Shown piece after piece: positions 9,917-20,740 of a DNA stretch of 64,000 nucleotides (the stretch's first letter is position 1; each line of letters begins with the position of its first letter). The DNA is from Saccharolobus solfataricus P2. GTDB taxonomy: Archaea > Thermoproteota > Thermoprotei_A > Sulfolobales > Sulfolobaceae. The notes below the pieces were generated by a model. The model saw only the letters and a list, made by a program, of their open reading frames with translations, had not been told where the DNA came from and ran no database searches. The stretch is from assembly GCF_000007005.1 (NCBI RefSeq), contig NC_002754.1. One strand, given 5' to 3'. A program made the translations under genes and the position numbers.

Positions 9917-10336
9917 ATGAACATATTAAATAAGTTAGGCATATCAGATGAATTAGCGGATATGTTAATAAATGAGGCAGTAAGGAAGGCTAAAGAGTTA
10001 GGAGTAAACGTTTCAATAGCAATAGTAGATGAAGGAGGAGAATTGAAGGCTTTTAAGAGGATGGACGGTGCACCAATCTTGACCATACAAATAGCCATAG
10101 ATAAATCGTGGACTGCTGTAAGTTTTGGTATACCGACCCATGAATGGTACAATATACTTAAAGACAACCCCTCGCTGGCAATGGGATTTCCTAAAATACC
10201 TAGGTTAATAATCTTTGGTGGAGGATTTCCTATAATCTATAAAGAGCAAGTAATAGGAGGAATAGGAGTATCTGGTGCGTCTGCAGAACAAGATATGGAA
10301 ATTGCCAAGAGTGCGCTTAAAAGATTGGAATCATAA
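9917..10336 (+). CDS. GlcG/HbpS (DUF336) haem-binding family protein
   Basis: IAIVDEGG...RMDGA, KSWTA, FGGG.PI...G.IGVSG. Confidence 0.88.
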   Translation: MNILNKLGISDELADMLINEAVRKAKELGVNVSIAIVDEGGELKAFKRMDGAPILTIQIAIDKSWTAVSFGIPTHEWYNILKDNPSLAMGFPKIPRLIIFGGGFPIIYKEQVIGGIGVSGASAEQDMEIAKSALKRLES

Positions 10337-10452
10337 TTTTGTAAAATATTAGATAAACTATTTGATGAAGATATAAAATGTACAAGAATGGTTTAAACTT
10401 TATCTTCCTTTTTTTAAATATAGACTTTTAAGTTCAAAATCTCCATGCATCA

Positions 10453-10460
10453 AACTTGTT
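10453..10460 (+). promoter_or_regulatory. AACTTGTT box upstream of the ferredoxin reductase gene
   Basis: TCAAACTTGTTAGA, CTTAATAT; 49 bp to ATG 10502. Confidence 0.75.
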
Positions 10461-10501
10461 AGATTAAGCTTAATATAGCTTTCAACGGTTCATGAATGTA
10501 G

Positions 10502-11716
<1,215 letters not shown>

Positions 11717-11744
11717 GTGGGATTTAAAGTTACTTCTTTTTTCG

Positions 11745-11752
11745 AACATGTT
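11745..11752 (+). promoter_or_regulatory. AACATGTT box upstream of hydroxylase alpha N-terminal half
   Basis: TCGAACATGTTTAA, TTTTTAAA; 47 bp to ATG 11792. Confidence 0.75.
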
Positions 11753-11791
11753 TAAGAATTATTTTTAAATGAGGATTATACATGTTTACTT

Positions 11792-12598
11792 ATGAAACCA
11801 GTTCCTGTAGAGCCTAGACTACCATCAAGAGACGAGTATTATGATTTAGCGAACAAGTTAGAGTGGACGCCAAAATATGTAAAAGAAGAAGAGCTATTTC
11901 CGGTAGATATGAGTGGAATACCGAATTTACCAATAGATGTATGGACTGAGCTATATGATGCCCCCTATAAGGTGACATATAGGGAGTATGTAAAGAATCA
12001 AAAGGAGAAGGATCAAAGACTTTTCTCTGTAAGAGAGGCTGGAGTAAGGGCAGAGCTAGTAAAGAAATTAGATAAGACTTATCATCAAGGTTCCTTCTGT
12101 TTCCACATAACTGCAGTTCCTATACCAGAATATACTGCGGCTATAGCTGAAGCAAGAATGGCAAGGTTTGGGAAAGCTGGTGAATGGAGAAACTTATCCA
12201 CATTTGGTTCTATGGATGAGGTAAGGCATGCGCAATTGCAAATCCTACTGTCTCATGATAATATACAAGCTAGTCCTAAGTTCGCTTTCGCGCATAAGAT
12301 GTTCTGGGTTGACGGCTGGTTACCAATAGCTGCTAGATCGTTCTTTGACGATACTATAACTGGGACTAATGCAATAGAATTTGCTTTATTAACGACCTTT
12401 GCATTTGAGACTGGATTTACTAATTTACAATTTGTAGCATATGCCGCTATGGCAAATAAAACTAATGACTTCGTGTTCTCCTCAGCAACTCAAAGTATAC
12501 AAACTGATGAGGCTAGGCATGCGCAAATAGGGCACCCAGTTCTAAAGGCTTTTGTTGACGTAACAAAGGTAAATGAAGAGATGGAAAAGAAAATTTAA
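11792..12598 (+). CDS. tmoA: Diiron aromatic monooxygenase hydroxylase alpha subunit, N-terminal half
   Basis: Carries the full ligand set: PEY, DEVRH, FETGFTN, DEARH. Confidence 0.85.
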   Translation: MKPVPVEPRLPSRDEYYDLANKLEWTPKYVKEEELFPVDMSGIPNLPIDVWTELYDAPYKVTYREYVKNQKEKDQRLFSVREAGVRAELVKKLDKTYHQGSFCFHITAVPIPEYTAAIAEARMARFGKAGEWRNLSTFGSMDEVRHAQLQILLSHDNIQASPKFAFAHKMFWVDGWLPIAARSFFDDTITGTNAIEFALLTTFAFETGFTNLQFVAYAAMANKTNDFVFSSATQSIQTDEARHAQIGHPVLKAFVDVTKVNEEMEKKI

Positions 12599-12620
12599 TT
12601 TGTTTTTTTAAAATTTTTCC
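12599..12620 (+). terminator. T-rich archaeal terminator after the alpha N-half
   Basis: TTTGTTTTTTTAAAATTTTTCC directly after the stop codon. Confidence 0.6.
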
Positions 12621-12684
12621 CTATTTATACTTTACTCTTCTTAGTAAGAATTCAAAATCTATAAACTGATAAACACATCTATCA

Positions 12685-12692
12685 AACTTGTT
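12685..12692 (+). promoter_or_regulatory. AACTTGTT box and promoter for the alpha C-half operon
   Basis: TCAAACTTGTTAGA identical to the 14-mer at the reductase promoter; CTTAAAAA; 47 bp to ATG 12732. Confidence 0.75.
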
Positions 12693-12731
12693 AGAACAAT
12701 TCTTAAAAAGTATAAAAAAGATTATACGACG

Positions 12732-13664
12732 ATGAGTAGAGAAGGAAGTTTAGGCCAAACTAAAGGAGAAGTCAAGCAAGTATTATCAAACATTTCGGAG
12801 GGATTAATGAAAAATTATAGAAATACTGTTGAATTTGCTGCTAGGATGAGAGAAAAAGGCCCGGCATATAAAGAGGCAGGAGAATATTTGGTAGCGAAAG
12901 GATTCTGGCTCTCCGTTAGGCTAATAGGAGCCTTAACCGGAGTTTCAATGGATTACCTCACTCCTCTAGACGCTAGAATAATGTCATACAAGGAGTTTAT
13001 GACAGAATGGGTAGGTGCGCAGTTAAAGAGATTATTAGAAGATTATGGAATAAGATTACCTTGGTATTGGAAATGGTTTGAGTTAGAGTTAGACCATTGG
13101 CATCATGACTTTATTATAGGATTATATACGTGGAGAAGGACTCTAAATGTTTCATTTAGAGGTCCTACGCCTGATGAGAGAAAATGGTTAAACGAGAAAT
13201 ATCCACATTGGGAGATGTTTTTCGGTAGAGTTTGGGACTTGTATATAAAGAAGATTATTGATGGCCAAATACCGTTACCATTAACTGCAGTACATTTATG
13301 TGCGGTTTGTCAAGTACCGATACAAGCTCCAGCTAATGGAAAGTACTTGAGGATCTACTTAAAAGAGTATAAGGGAAAAATGTATACGTTTGATAGTCCC
13401 GCTTGCTTATGGATATTTGAACAAGAGCCAGAAAGATATGCTGGGAGAAGGACTTACACACAAAGAGTTCTTGAGGGTATGATACAGTTTACTGAAGAGG
13501 CATACAAGGATCCGAAGAGGCTACTAGATGAGGTGATATGGAATATGGGACAAACAGAGGAAGGGGAAGCTGGTCTAGACCCTACTGACGGTGCATATGC
13601 ATTATTATATAGAGAGAAAGATCCAGATTTCTTTAATAGAATAAAGAAGTATACGGAGGCGTAA
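12732..13664 (+). CDS. tmoA: Diiron aromatic monooxygenase hydroxylase alpha subunit, C-terminal half
   Basis: GFWLSVRL...TGVSMDYLTPL...SYKEFM.EWV, WLNEKYP.W, YHS-like C..CQVP...F.S..C.WIFEQEPERY. Confidence 0.85.
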   Translation: MSREGSLGQTKGEVKQVLSNISEGLMKNYRNTVEFAARMREKGPAYKEAGEYLVAKGFWLSVRLIGALTGVSMDYLTPLDARIMSYKEFMTEWVGAQLKRLLEDYGIRLPWYWKWFELELDHWHHDFIIGLYTWRRTLNVSFRGPTPDERKWLNEKYPHWEMFFGRVWDLYIKKIIDGQIPLPLTAVHLCAVCQVPIQAPANGKYLRIYLKEYKGKMYTFDSPACLWIFEQEPERYAGRRTYTQRVLEGMIQFTEEAYKDPKRLLDEVIWNMGQTEEGEAGLDPTDGAYALLYREKDPDFFNRIKKYTEA

Positions 13665-13669
13665 AACAA

Positions 13670-14104
13670 ATGAGTATAGAAGCGGTACCCATAGTGTTTG
13701 TTCCAGAAGAAGGTACAGTATGGTTACCAGCTGTGCTTCCAACAAACATTGCAGTAAAAGAAGCTGTTGAAATGTTAAAGAGTTTAACAGTCAATGTGTT
13801 AGTATGGGAAAAGAAAGGGAAAGAGTTAAGGTTAGTAAATTACTTTACTGGTCAAGTCTTAGACCCTAATGCCAAAGTTAGAGACGTAATAAAGCCATAT
13901 GACGTTTTCTGGTTAATCTGGTGGCCTCCTAGAGAAGAGTTCTGGAAGCCAGAAAATCAGAATGATGAAATATTTAGGATTATAAAGGAGACCGAAGATG
14001 CAGTAAAGTCAGCCCCAAGATCTCCTTCAGTACTATTTGCAGATGAGATTGAGAAATATAGTATCGTTAGAAGATTGGAAAGGGAGGGTAAACTAAGAGC
14101 GTGA
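13670..14104 (+). CDS. tmoB: Probable hydroxylase gamma subunit (TmoB-like) with C-terminal extension
   Basis: Position in operon; N-terminal ~85 aa fits the TmoB ubiquitin-like pattern (TVNVLV...ELRLVN..TGQVLDP...V.D.IKPYDV). Confidence 0.55.
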   Translation: MSIEAVPIVFVPEEGTVWLPAVLPTNIAVKEAVEMLKSLTVNVLVWEKKGKELRLVNYFTGQVLDPNAKVRDVIKPYDVFWLIWWPPREEFWKPENQNDEIFRIIKETEDAVKSAPRSPSVLFADEIEKYSIVRRLEREGKLRA

Positions 14105-14108
14105 GATT

Positions 14109-14513
14109 ATGAATTACCCTGGAGAATTTCATAAATTACTAACTCTAGACGACATTTATGAAGGAGAGGCTAAGCTAGTAGAGGTTAATAGATATGAAAT
14201 TCTAGTAGTAAATATAAAGGGAGAGATTAAGGCATATTATGCTAGATGTGCCCATGCATTAGGTTTAATAGAATCAAACTCTTTCGATGGTGAGGAGAAA
14301 ATAATATGCCCAGTACATCTATGGGAGTATAACGCGAGGACAGGCGAAAGTATAAATCCAGTTGGTAGTTCTCTCTTTCCTTTAGATGTGAAGGTTGAAG
14401 GTAGTGATATTTTTGTTAAAGTTCCATCTGTTCCCATATCCGAATTCAAGGTTAAATGGTTTGGTATGTATAGGCAAAGGGGTGTGATAAATGAGTTTGG
14501 AGTTAACTCTTGA
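14109..14513 (+). CDS. tmoC: Rieske [2Fe-2S] ferredoxin
   Basis: RCAHA and CPVH.WEY Rieske motifs. Confidence 0.9.
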   Translation: MNYPGEFHKLLTLDDIYEGEAKLVEVNRYEILVVNIKGEIKAYYARCAHALGLIESNSFDGEEKIICPVHLWEYNARTGESINPVGSSLFPLDVKVEGSDIFVKVPSVPISEFKVKWFGMYRQRGVINEFGVNS

Positions 14514-14838
14514 AACAATTTTAGATAAATATCAAATAATGGATTTAAGTAAATTACCACAAAATATGGTAGGGCCAGTGCTCATGAAAGACGAGTTCAG
14601 CTATGCTGTAGTTGAGGCTTTAGCGCGCGATAATCCAAATACTTTCAAAGGAGTTCTTGATAGGGGTTCTTACATAAGAGTAGTGGGTGAAAGGGAACTT
14701 ATCTTAAACAAGACTACGCTAGAGGAAGTGATAGGTATGGACGTTAGATTTCCTGGAGAGGTTGAGGTAAGGATGAGCGCATTTGCAGGAAAGATAATTG
14801 TTAGAGGGGATTATATAAAATGGCATTTAGACTTGTGA
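14491..14838 (+). CDS. tmoD: Monooxygenase effector/coupling protein (MmoB/DmpM/TmoD family)
   Basis: VGPVL, DNP...DRGSYIRV, E..MSAFAGKI. Confidence 0.88.
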   Translation: MSLELTLETILDKYQIMDLSKLPQNMVGPVLMKDEFSYAVVEALARDNPNTFKGVLDRGSYIRVVGERELILNKTTLEEVIGMDVRFPGEVEVRMSAFAGKIIVRGDYIKWHLDL

Positions 14839-14849
14839 GGTGAAAGGAT

Positions 14850-15980
14850 ATGACTAGATTAGAGGATTTGGAATGGTATAAAAGGTATAAACAAATGTTC
14901 GGAGCATTCAAAAGCGGTCCAGAAGGGGATCCGTTTTTCAGAGATTATGAGTATAGGGGATACAAGAAAGTTTGGTCAACGTGGCCAATGTTGGAGAAAA
15001 AGTTAGGAAGAAAAAAACCATCAGAATACCAAGTAGTTACTTATGCATTATCATACTGGGCCGATCCAAGATCCCCTACTTATATCTACGATAAAGGGCC
15101 ATTTGAACTAGGGACAGAACACATAACCCAAAAATGGTATAAACACTTTAGAGACAACTCACCGTTCATTAAACCATTATTCGAAAGAGGTGAATGGCAT
15201 GATTATGAAGACCCATACAAATTGACATATTGGACTTATAACTCCATGGCGGACGATAATGAAACTTTCTTAGATAAGATTTACGAGGAGATTGTAAATA
15301 CTAAATATGATTGGAACCTAAATGAAGAGGTACTGGAATTATACAAGAACGTTTATGACCCATTAAGATACGTATTCCATATTATGCAAATGGAGTCAAT
15401 GTATCTAGCTACTATGGCTCCTACAAGTTCTATAGCTAACGTATTTATTTTCATGGGAATGGACCATTTAAGGAGAGTCCAAAGAATTTCACAAAGGGTA
15501 AAGATGCTCGATATTGTATATCCAAGTCTAGGATTTGGAAAGGAAACAAGGAAGGTATTTGAGGAGAGTCCAATATTTCAGCCAACAAGAGAAGTATTGG
15601 AGAAAATGTTAGTTACGTATGATGTAGGAGAAGCCTTAGTAGCGTTTAACTTAGCAGTCAAATTCGTATTAGATGAACTGATACTCCAACATCTAACTCA
15701 ACCATTCAGTAAGTTAGGAGACGAGATGATAAAGCACATTCACTTATCGTTCTATAACGATACGTTAAGACATAGACATCAAGCTCAAGAGCTGTTCAAA
15801 TACGCATTCAGTAAGGAGCCAAGTTTAAAGGATGTTATTAAACCTTGGGTGAAAGATTGGCAAGAGATGGGATTTAAGGCTACAGAAGGGTTTAGAGATG
15901 TGCTTAAAGGAGAATATGATAATGCTATAAGGCAGATTAGGAAGGCTCATAGTGAATATCTTGGAGGAATAGGACTATGA
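14850..15980 (+). CDS. tmoE: Hydroxylase beta subunit
   Basis: RKKPSEYQVVT, W....DPYKLTYWTY, MDHLRRVQR, D.LRH. Confidence 0.85.
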   Translation: MTRLEDLEWYKRYKQMFGAFKSGPEGDPFFRDYEYRGYKKVWSTWPMLEKKLGRKKPSEYQVVTYALSYWADPRSPTYIYDKGPFELGTEHITQKWYKHFRDNSPFIKPLFERGEWHDYEDPYKLTYWTYNSMADDNETFLDKIYEEIVNTKYDWNLNEEVLELYKNVYDPLRYVFHIMQMESMYLATMAPTSSIANVFIFMGMDHLRRVQRISQRVKMLDIVYPSLGFGKETRKVFEESPIFQPTREVLEKMLVTYDVGEALVAFNLAVKFVLDELILQHLTQPFSKLGDEMIKHIHLSFYNDTLRHRHQAQELFKYAFSKEPSLKDVIKPWVKDWQEMGFKATEGFRDVLKGEYDNAIRQIRKAHSEYLGGIGL

Positions 15981-16438
15981 AGGAGAAGGTTGTAGAAATT
16001 TTGAGGCAAATTTACGATCCAGAAATTCCAATAAATATATATGACTTAGGACTAGTAAGAGAGATAAGAATTGAAGGCAAAAGAATTTTTGTTAGATTGA
16101 TTTTCACTGCAAATAAGGGATGTACGCTGGCAGATCTTGTAGCAGTTCAAGTTAAGTATAAACTAATGAAGGTATTTCCAGACTATAACGTGGAGGTCAA
16201 GAGTGATTTCAATGAAGAATGGAATATAGGCTATGCAACAGAAACGGGCAGGCTGATGTTAGAGGAAATATATGGAAAGGATGCAGTGGAGGTATTAGTT
16301 AATAAGACCAAAATAGAGGAATTAGTATCAACAAATAAAGTCAAGTTAGAGAATTTCGATCCACGTGAATATATGAGAAAAGCAGTGGAGGAGAGATATA
16401 AAAAATTTAGAGAATGGTATGACAAACACAAAATATAG
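15977..16438 (+). CDS. DUF59 / PaaD / SufT-like metal-sulfur cluster assembly protein
   Basis: LRQIYDPEIPINIYDLGLV, T...C motif. Confidence 0.85.
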   Translation: MKEKVVEILRQIYDPEIPINIYDLGLVREIRIEGKRIFVRLIFTANKGCTLADLVAVQVKYKLMKVFPDYNVEVKSDFNEEWNIGYATETGRLMLEEIYGKDAVEVLVNKTKIEELVSTNKVKLENFDPREYMRKAVEERYKKFREWYDKHKI

Positions 16439-17395
16439 TCTTTTTCTTAATAGGCACTACATGCTCCGCCTCTAACAAACCTACTGGGACAACGAGTCTA
16501 GCACATCACCCACATCAACATCTTGAACGTTAACGTCCTTCCCCCTAGGTGCCCTAAAACTCTTCTTAACATCGCCCTTGTAAACACCATCCTTTATAAC
16601 GTGATAACAAATACAAGCAAGCTTCCCACCAAGAGCACAAGTTTAGTAGCACTCTTCCACTTGGAGACAAGCCTATCGTAATACTCCTTAAAACGCTCAG
16701 ACTTCCTAGCAACCCTAGCAACCAAGAAAAAAGCCCTACGCAAATACTTATTACCCATACCAGAGTGAGACTCGCTCTCACCACTCTGCTTAGTTCTGGG
16801 AGCAAAACCAGCATAAACCCTAGCCTTAGAACTGGAAAAACGAGAAACATCACCGAACTCAGCGTAAATGGTTGCAGCACTAATCAAACCAACTCCCGGC
16901 TCAACTCGACCACAGGCTGAGGAATCTTAGAAATTATCATGTCCTCAACTTCCTTAACCATAGCCTCCAAGCTCTTCAGTAAGTCTACCAGCTGCTTCAA
17001 AGCTAGCTTCTCAGCATCATTCAAACTTCTCCCTAACTTCTCCTTCAACTCGTCCCTTTCCTCCTTGCTCAACCCTTCTCCCCTACTTAACTTCTCCAGC
17101 AACGCCATTCCCCTCTTATCAAAGGGCTCTATCTTGTATCCCGCCATTTCTAGAAACTTCCTTATCTCGTTCTTTACTTGCGTTATCTTCCTCATCAAAC
17201 TCTCCCTATACCTCGTTAACTCCCTCAATTCCCTTATTTCCCCGGTCGGTATGTATGACCCCTTAACTGCTCCCAGGATGAAGGCTTTTGCCAGTCTTTG
17301 CGCGTCTAGCTTGTCGGTCTTCTTTCCGAATACTTCCTTCAAGTGTAAGGGATTTATTACTGTTACCTTATATCCCTTTTCTGTTAGTTCTTCGT
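16434..17395 (-). mobile_element. 5'-truncated, frameshifted IS110-family copy (left arm of 962-bp inverted repeat)
   Basis: Reverse complement of 18478-19439; KTDKLDA, GNKYLRRAFF motifs. Confidence 0.88.
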
Positions 17396-18443
17396 TAGTG
17401 TTTCCGAAAAGTTTATAGATTAGTATTACCAGATTGAACTATGCAAGATTTGGTTCAAGCTTATAAGGAAGAGAAGAACGCGAGAATTAAGGAGAGGATT
17501 CTTGCAGTGAAGCTGCACGTAGTTGATGGTAAATCGGAGAAAGAAGTTTCGAAAATGCTTAACAAGGGCTATTCCACGATAAAATTGTGGATTGGCAAGT
17601 ACAAGAAAGAAGGTCTTGATGGACTAAAGGACAAGCCCAGATCAGGAAGACCCAGAAAAGTAGAAGAGGAAAAGATAAAACAAATTCTGGAAGATAAGCC
17701 CCAAAAATACGGAATACAACAAGAATATTGGACAATGAAAACACTCAAGATAGCACTACAAGAACAAGGAATAGAATACAAGAAATCCAGACTATACGAA
17801 CTAGTCCACGAACTAGGATACAACCTAGTAAAACCCAGACCTACCAACATCCAAGCAGAAAAGGACAAGTGGGAAGATTTTAAAAAAATAAAGAAATTGG
17901 AAAGAAAGGCACTGTTCTTTCTAGACGAGTGTAGGACAGTAATTAGCACGTCAATTAAGAAGGTTCTAGCTAAGGTTGGCAGTAAGCCCGTAATGCGCGT
18001 CAATATAGGTTTTTCCTCAATCTATGTTATTCTAGCTATAAACGCTTGGACCGGCGAAGTAGTGGTTTCTCTTGCTAAAAGGCCTAACTCTGAATCCGTT
18101 AAGTATTTCTTGAGGTACTTTAAGAGGCGTGTGGGTAGTGGTAGGGTTTACATGGTCATGGATAATTACTCTCCTCACAAGACTAAGGGTACGCTTGAGG
18201 TTTGTCGCAGGAAGGGTATTCATCCCGTGTTTACTCCTCCTTACTCGCCTGAGCTTAATATGGCTGAGGCGGTCTTCAAGTCCCTCAAGAACTACATGAG
18301 CAATAAAATATTCTATACGATAGAAGACGTTAAAAACTGTATTAAACAGTTCTTTGAAGAAAATAAGTATAGATTTAATCTTAATGCAATAACATACCTA
18401 GGATTAGATAAAATTGAAGTCTAAGAACTTTCCGGAAATACTA
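17396..18443 (+). mobile_element. ISC1048 (IS630 family), 1048 bp including both TA
   Basis: TIRs TAGTGTTTCCGAAAAGTT / AACTTTCCGGAAATACTA, TA at both ends, DDE ORF. Confidence 0.88.
17441..18424 (+). CDS. IS630-family transposase (intact, 327 aa)
   Basis: HTH, FLDEC, VMDNY..H, PPYSPELNMAE. Confidence 0.92.
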   Translation: MQDLVQAYKEEKNARIKERILAVKLHVVDGKSEKEVSKMLNKGYSTIKLWIGKYKKEGLDGLKDKPRSGRPRKVEEEKIKQILEDKPQKYGIQQEYWTMKTLKIALQEQGIEYKKSRLYELVHELGYNLVKPRPTNIQAEKDKWEDFKKIKKLERKALFFLDECRTVISTSIKKVLAKVGSKPVMRVNIGFSSIYVILAINAWTGEVVVSLAKRPNSESVKYFLRYFKRRVGSGRVYMVMDNYSPHKTKGTLEVCRRKGIHPVFTPPYSPELNMAEAVFKSLKNYMSNKIFYTIEDVKNCIKQFFEENKYRFNLNAITYLGLDKIEV

Positions 18444-19439
18444 ATGGAGTCAACCGGACCGTACTTCTTCTACCTACACGAAGAACTAACAGAAAAGGGA
18501 TATAAGGTAACAGTAATAAATCCCTTACACTTGAAGGAAGTATTCGGAAAGAAGACCGACAAGCTAGACGCGCAAAGACTGGCAAAAGCCTTCATCCTGG
18601 GAGCAGTTAAGGGGTCATACATACCGACCGGGGAAATAAGGGAATTGAGGGAGTTAACGAGGTATAGGGAGAGTTTGATGAGGAAGATAACGCAAGTAAA
18701 GAACGAGATAAGGAAGTTTCTAGAAATGGCGGGATACAAGATAGAGCCCTTTGATAAGAGGGGAATGGCGTTGCTGGAGAAGTTAAGTAGGGGAGAAGGG
18801 TTGAGCAAGGAGGAAAGGGACGAGTTGAAGGAGAAGTTAGGGAGAAGTTTGAATGATGCTGAGAAGCTAGCTTTGAAGCAGCTGGTAGACTTACTGAAGA
18901 GCTTGGAGGCTATGGTTAAGGAAGTTGAGGACATGATAATTTCTAAGATTCCTCAGCCTGTGGTCGAGTTGAGCCGGGAGTTGGTTTGATTAGTGCTGCA
19001 ACCATTTACGCTGAGTTCGGTGATGTTTCTCGTTTTTCCAGTTCTAAGGCTAGGGTTTATGCTGGTTTTGCTCCCAGAACTAAGCAGAGTGGTGAGAGCG
19101 AGTCTCACTCTGGTATGGGTAATAAGTATTTGCGTAGGGCTTTTTTCTTGGTTGCTAGGGTTGCTAGGAAGTCTGAGCGTTTTAAGGAGTATTACGATAG
19201 GCTTGTCTCCAAGTGGAAGAGTGCTACTAAACTTGTGCTCTTGGTGGGAAGCTTGCTTGTATTTGTTATCACGTTATAAAGGATGGTGTTTACAAGGGCG
19301 ATGTTAAGAAGAGTTTTAGGGCACCTAGGGGGAAGGACGTTAACGTTCAAGATGTTGATGTGGGTGATGTGCTGGACTCGTTGTCCCAGTAGGTTTGTTA
19401 GAGGCGGAGCATGTAGTGCCTATTAAGAAAAAGACTATA
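18444..19439 (+). mobile_element. 5'-truncated, frameshifted IS110-family copy (right arm)
   Basis: MESTGPY (IS110 catalytic E), same lesion at SRELV/MISAAT as the left arm. Confidence 0.88.
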
Positions 19440-19701
19440 ATCTATAAATTTTATTAAATAGGGGAATTCTCTATATAGAGTATAGCCTGGCTCAGATTCT
19501 CAGAGACACCTTTTACTTAAAGTATAAATTTATAACTTAATGTCGACACTATGTTTTTCCTTAGGTCTTAAGTTAGGCTAATTAGGATAAATTCTACTAG
19601 TTAAAAGTTATTCATATGTTCTCTCTGAGAAAAAATTGGAGTAACCTAACAAGCATTAAATATACGAAAATTTTATATACGTATATCTCGTATACATATA
19701 T

Positions 19702-19926
19702 ATGTCAGACGTAATAAGCGTAAGAGTGAAGAAAGAGCTAAAGAAGAAGGCAGAGGAGTTAGGAATTAACGTTAGGGAAGTTGTAGAAAAAGCTTTAGAG
19801 GAAGCCATAAGGGAGAAGGAGAAGGAAGAGCTTAAGGATATGACTATGAAAATTAAGGAACTAATGAGGGACGTAAGTGAATATGATTGGGTAAGTACTG
19901 TTAGGGAGAGTAGGGATGAAAGATAA
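19702..19926 (+). CDS. vapB: VapB-type RHH antitoxin
   Basis: MSDVISVRVKKELKKKAEELGINVREVV; overlaps the PIN gene. Confidence 0.85.
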   Translation: MSDVISVRVKKELKKKAEELGINVREVVEKALEEAIREKEKEELKDMTMKIKELMRDVSEYDWVSTVRESRDER

Positions 19927-20308
19927 GGAATTCTTGCTCGATGCCTCAGCTTTGTATTCACTTTTAGATTACGTGGATAAGGTAGATGTTAAGAAAATTC
20001 ATGTACTTACCCTAACTTTTTATGAGGTAGGTAATGTCATATGGAAGGAGTATTATATACATAAAAAGGTTAAAGATCCTATAACCCTTTCGAGGCTTTT
20101 CTATAAATTAATGCGAAAATTTAACGTAATAGAGGATTCGCCTCTTGAGGGGGTAATGAGAATTGCCATAGAAAGGGGTTTAACTTACTATAACGCATCT
20201 TATGCGTATGTTGCTGAATCTTTAGGGCTTATCCTAGTGTCTAACGATAAAGAGTTGATAAGAAAGGCTAACGCTATTTCGTTAAAGGATTTGATAAAAA
20301 GTATGTGA
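19916..20308 (+). CDS. vapC: VapC PIN-domain toxin
   Basis: LLDASAL, YEVGN, LTYYNASY, LVSND; the usual D of YDA is N here. Confidence 0.85.
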   Translation: MKDKEFLLDASALYSLLDYVDKVDVKKIHVLTLTFYEVGNVIWKEYYIHKKVKDPITLSRLFYKLMRKFNVIEDSPLEGVMRIAIERGLTYYNASYAYVAESLGLILVSNDKELIRKANAISLKDLIKSM

Positions 20309-20376
20309 AAAAAGTAAATTATTTGTATGTTGATATTTTTGGAGTTTTTAGGTTCTCTTTAGTAAGGTGTACATAT

Positions 20377-20445
20377 GGGCGATTCATGTTTCCATTGCGA
20401 ATTCATTTTATTTCAAATATTGTTACGAAATTAACTTAATGAACA
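20377..20445 (+). mobile_element. Partial SM2-like MITE end
   Basis: GGGCGATTCA...CCATTGCGAATTCA matches the left end of the element at 62412. Confidence 0.6.
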
Positions 20446-20459
20446 GCAGTTATGTGATT

Positions 20460-20740
20460 TTAAGGGGATTTTAAGATTTTCATCAGATTCCTCATTTCAT
20501 CTAAATTATTTTTAACGAAATTCTTCAATCCTTAAGTTCTCAACGTTCTAACCACGGAGTTGAAGGGCTCTCGCAAACTCAGTCTTGACCTTGTTGATCC
20601 CTTGATTTTCGCCCTTCTTCATATTTTTCATTTTATGACCTCGATGATTAAAAACTTCCTCGGTAGTATTGAATCCCTAGTAGTACAAAGGGAAAACTTG
20701 ATAACTGCTGTAGGATAAGATGACTGCATGAGAACACTCC
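20460..20740 (-). mobile_element. Left-end remnant of an ISH3-like element
   Basis: End GGAGTGTTCTCATGCAGTCATC shared with the MITE at 32454-32787; short ORF MKKGENQGINKVKTEFARAL resembles the N-terminus of the 21347 transposase. Confidence 0.5.

Noticed and set aside
12599-12731. Gap in the alpha subunit as an intron or IS footprint
   Set aside because: No TIR/TSD or obvious bulge-helix-bulge; it holds a terminator and a complete cluster-type promoter, and both halves have their own extensions
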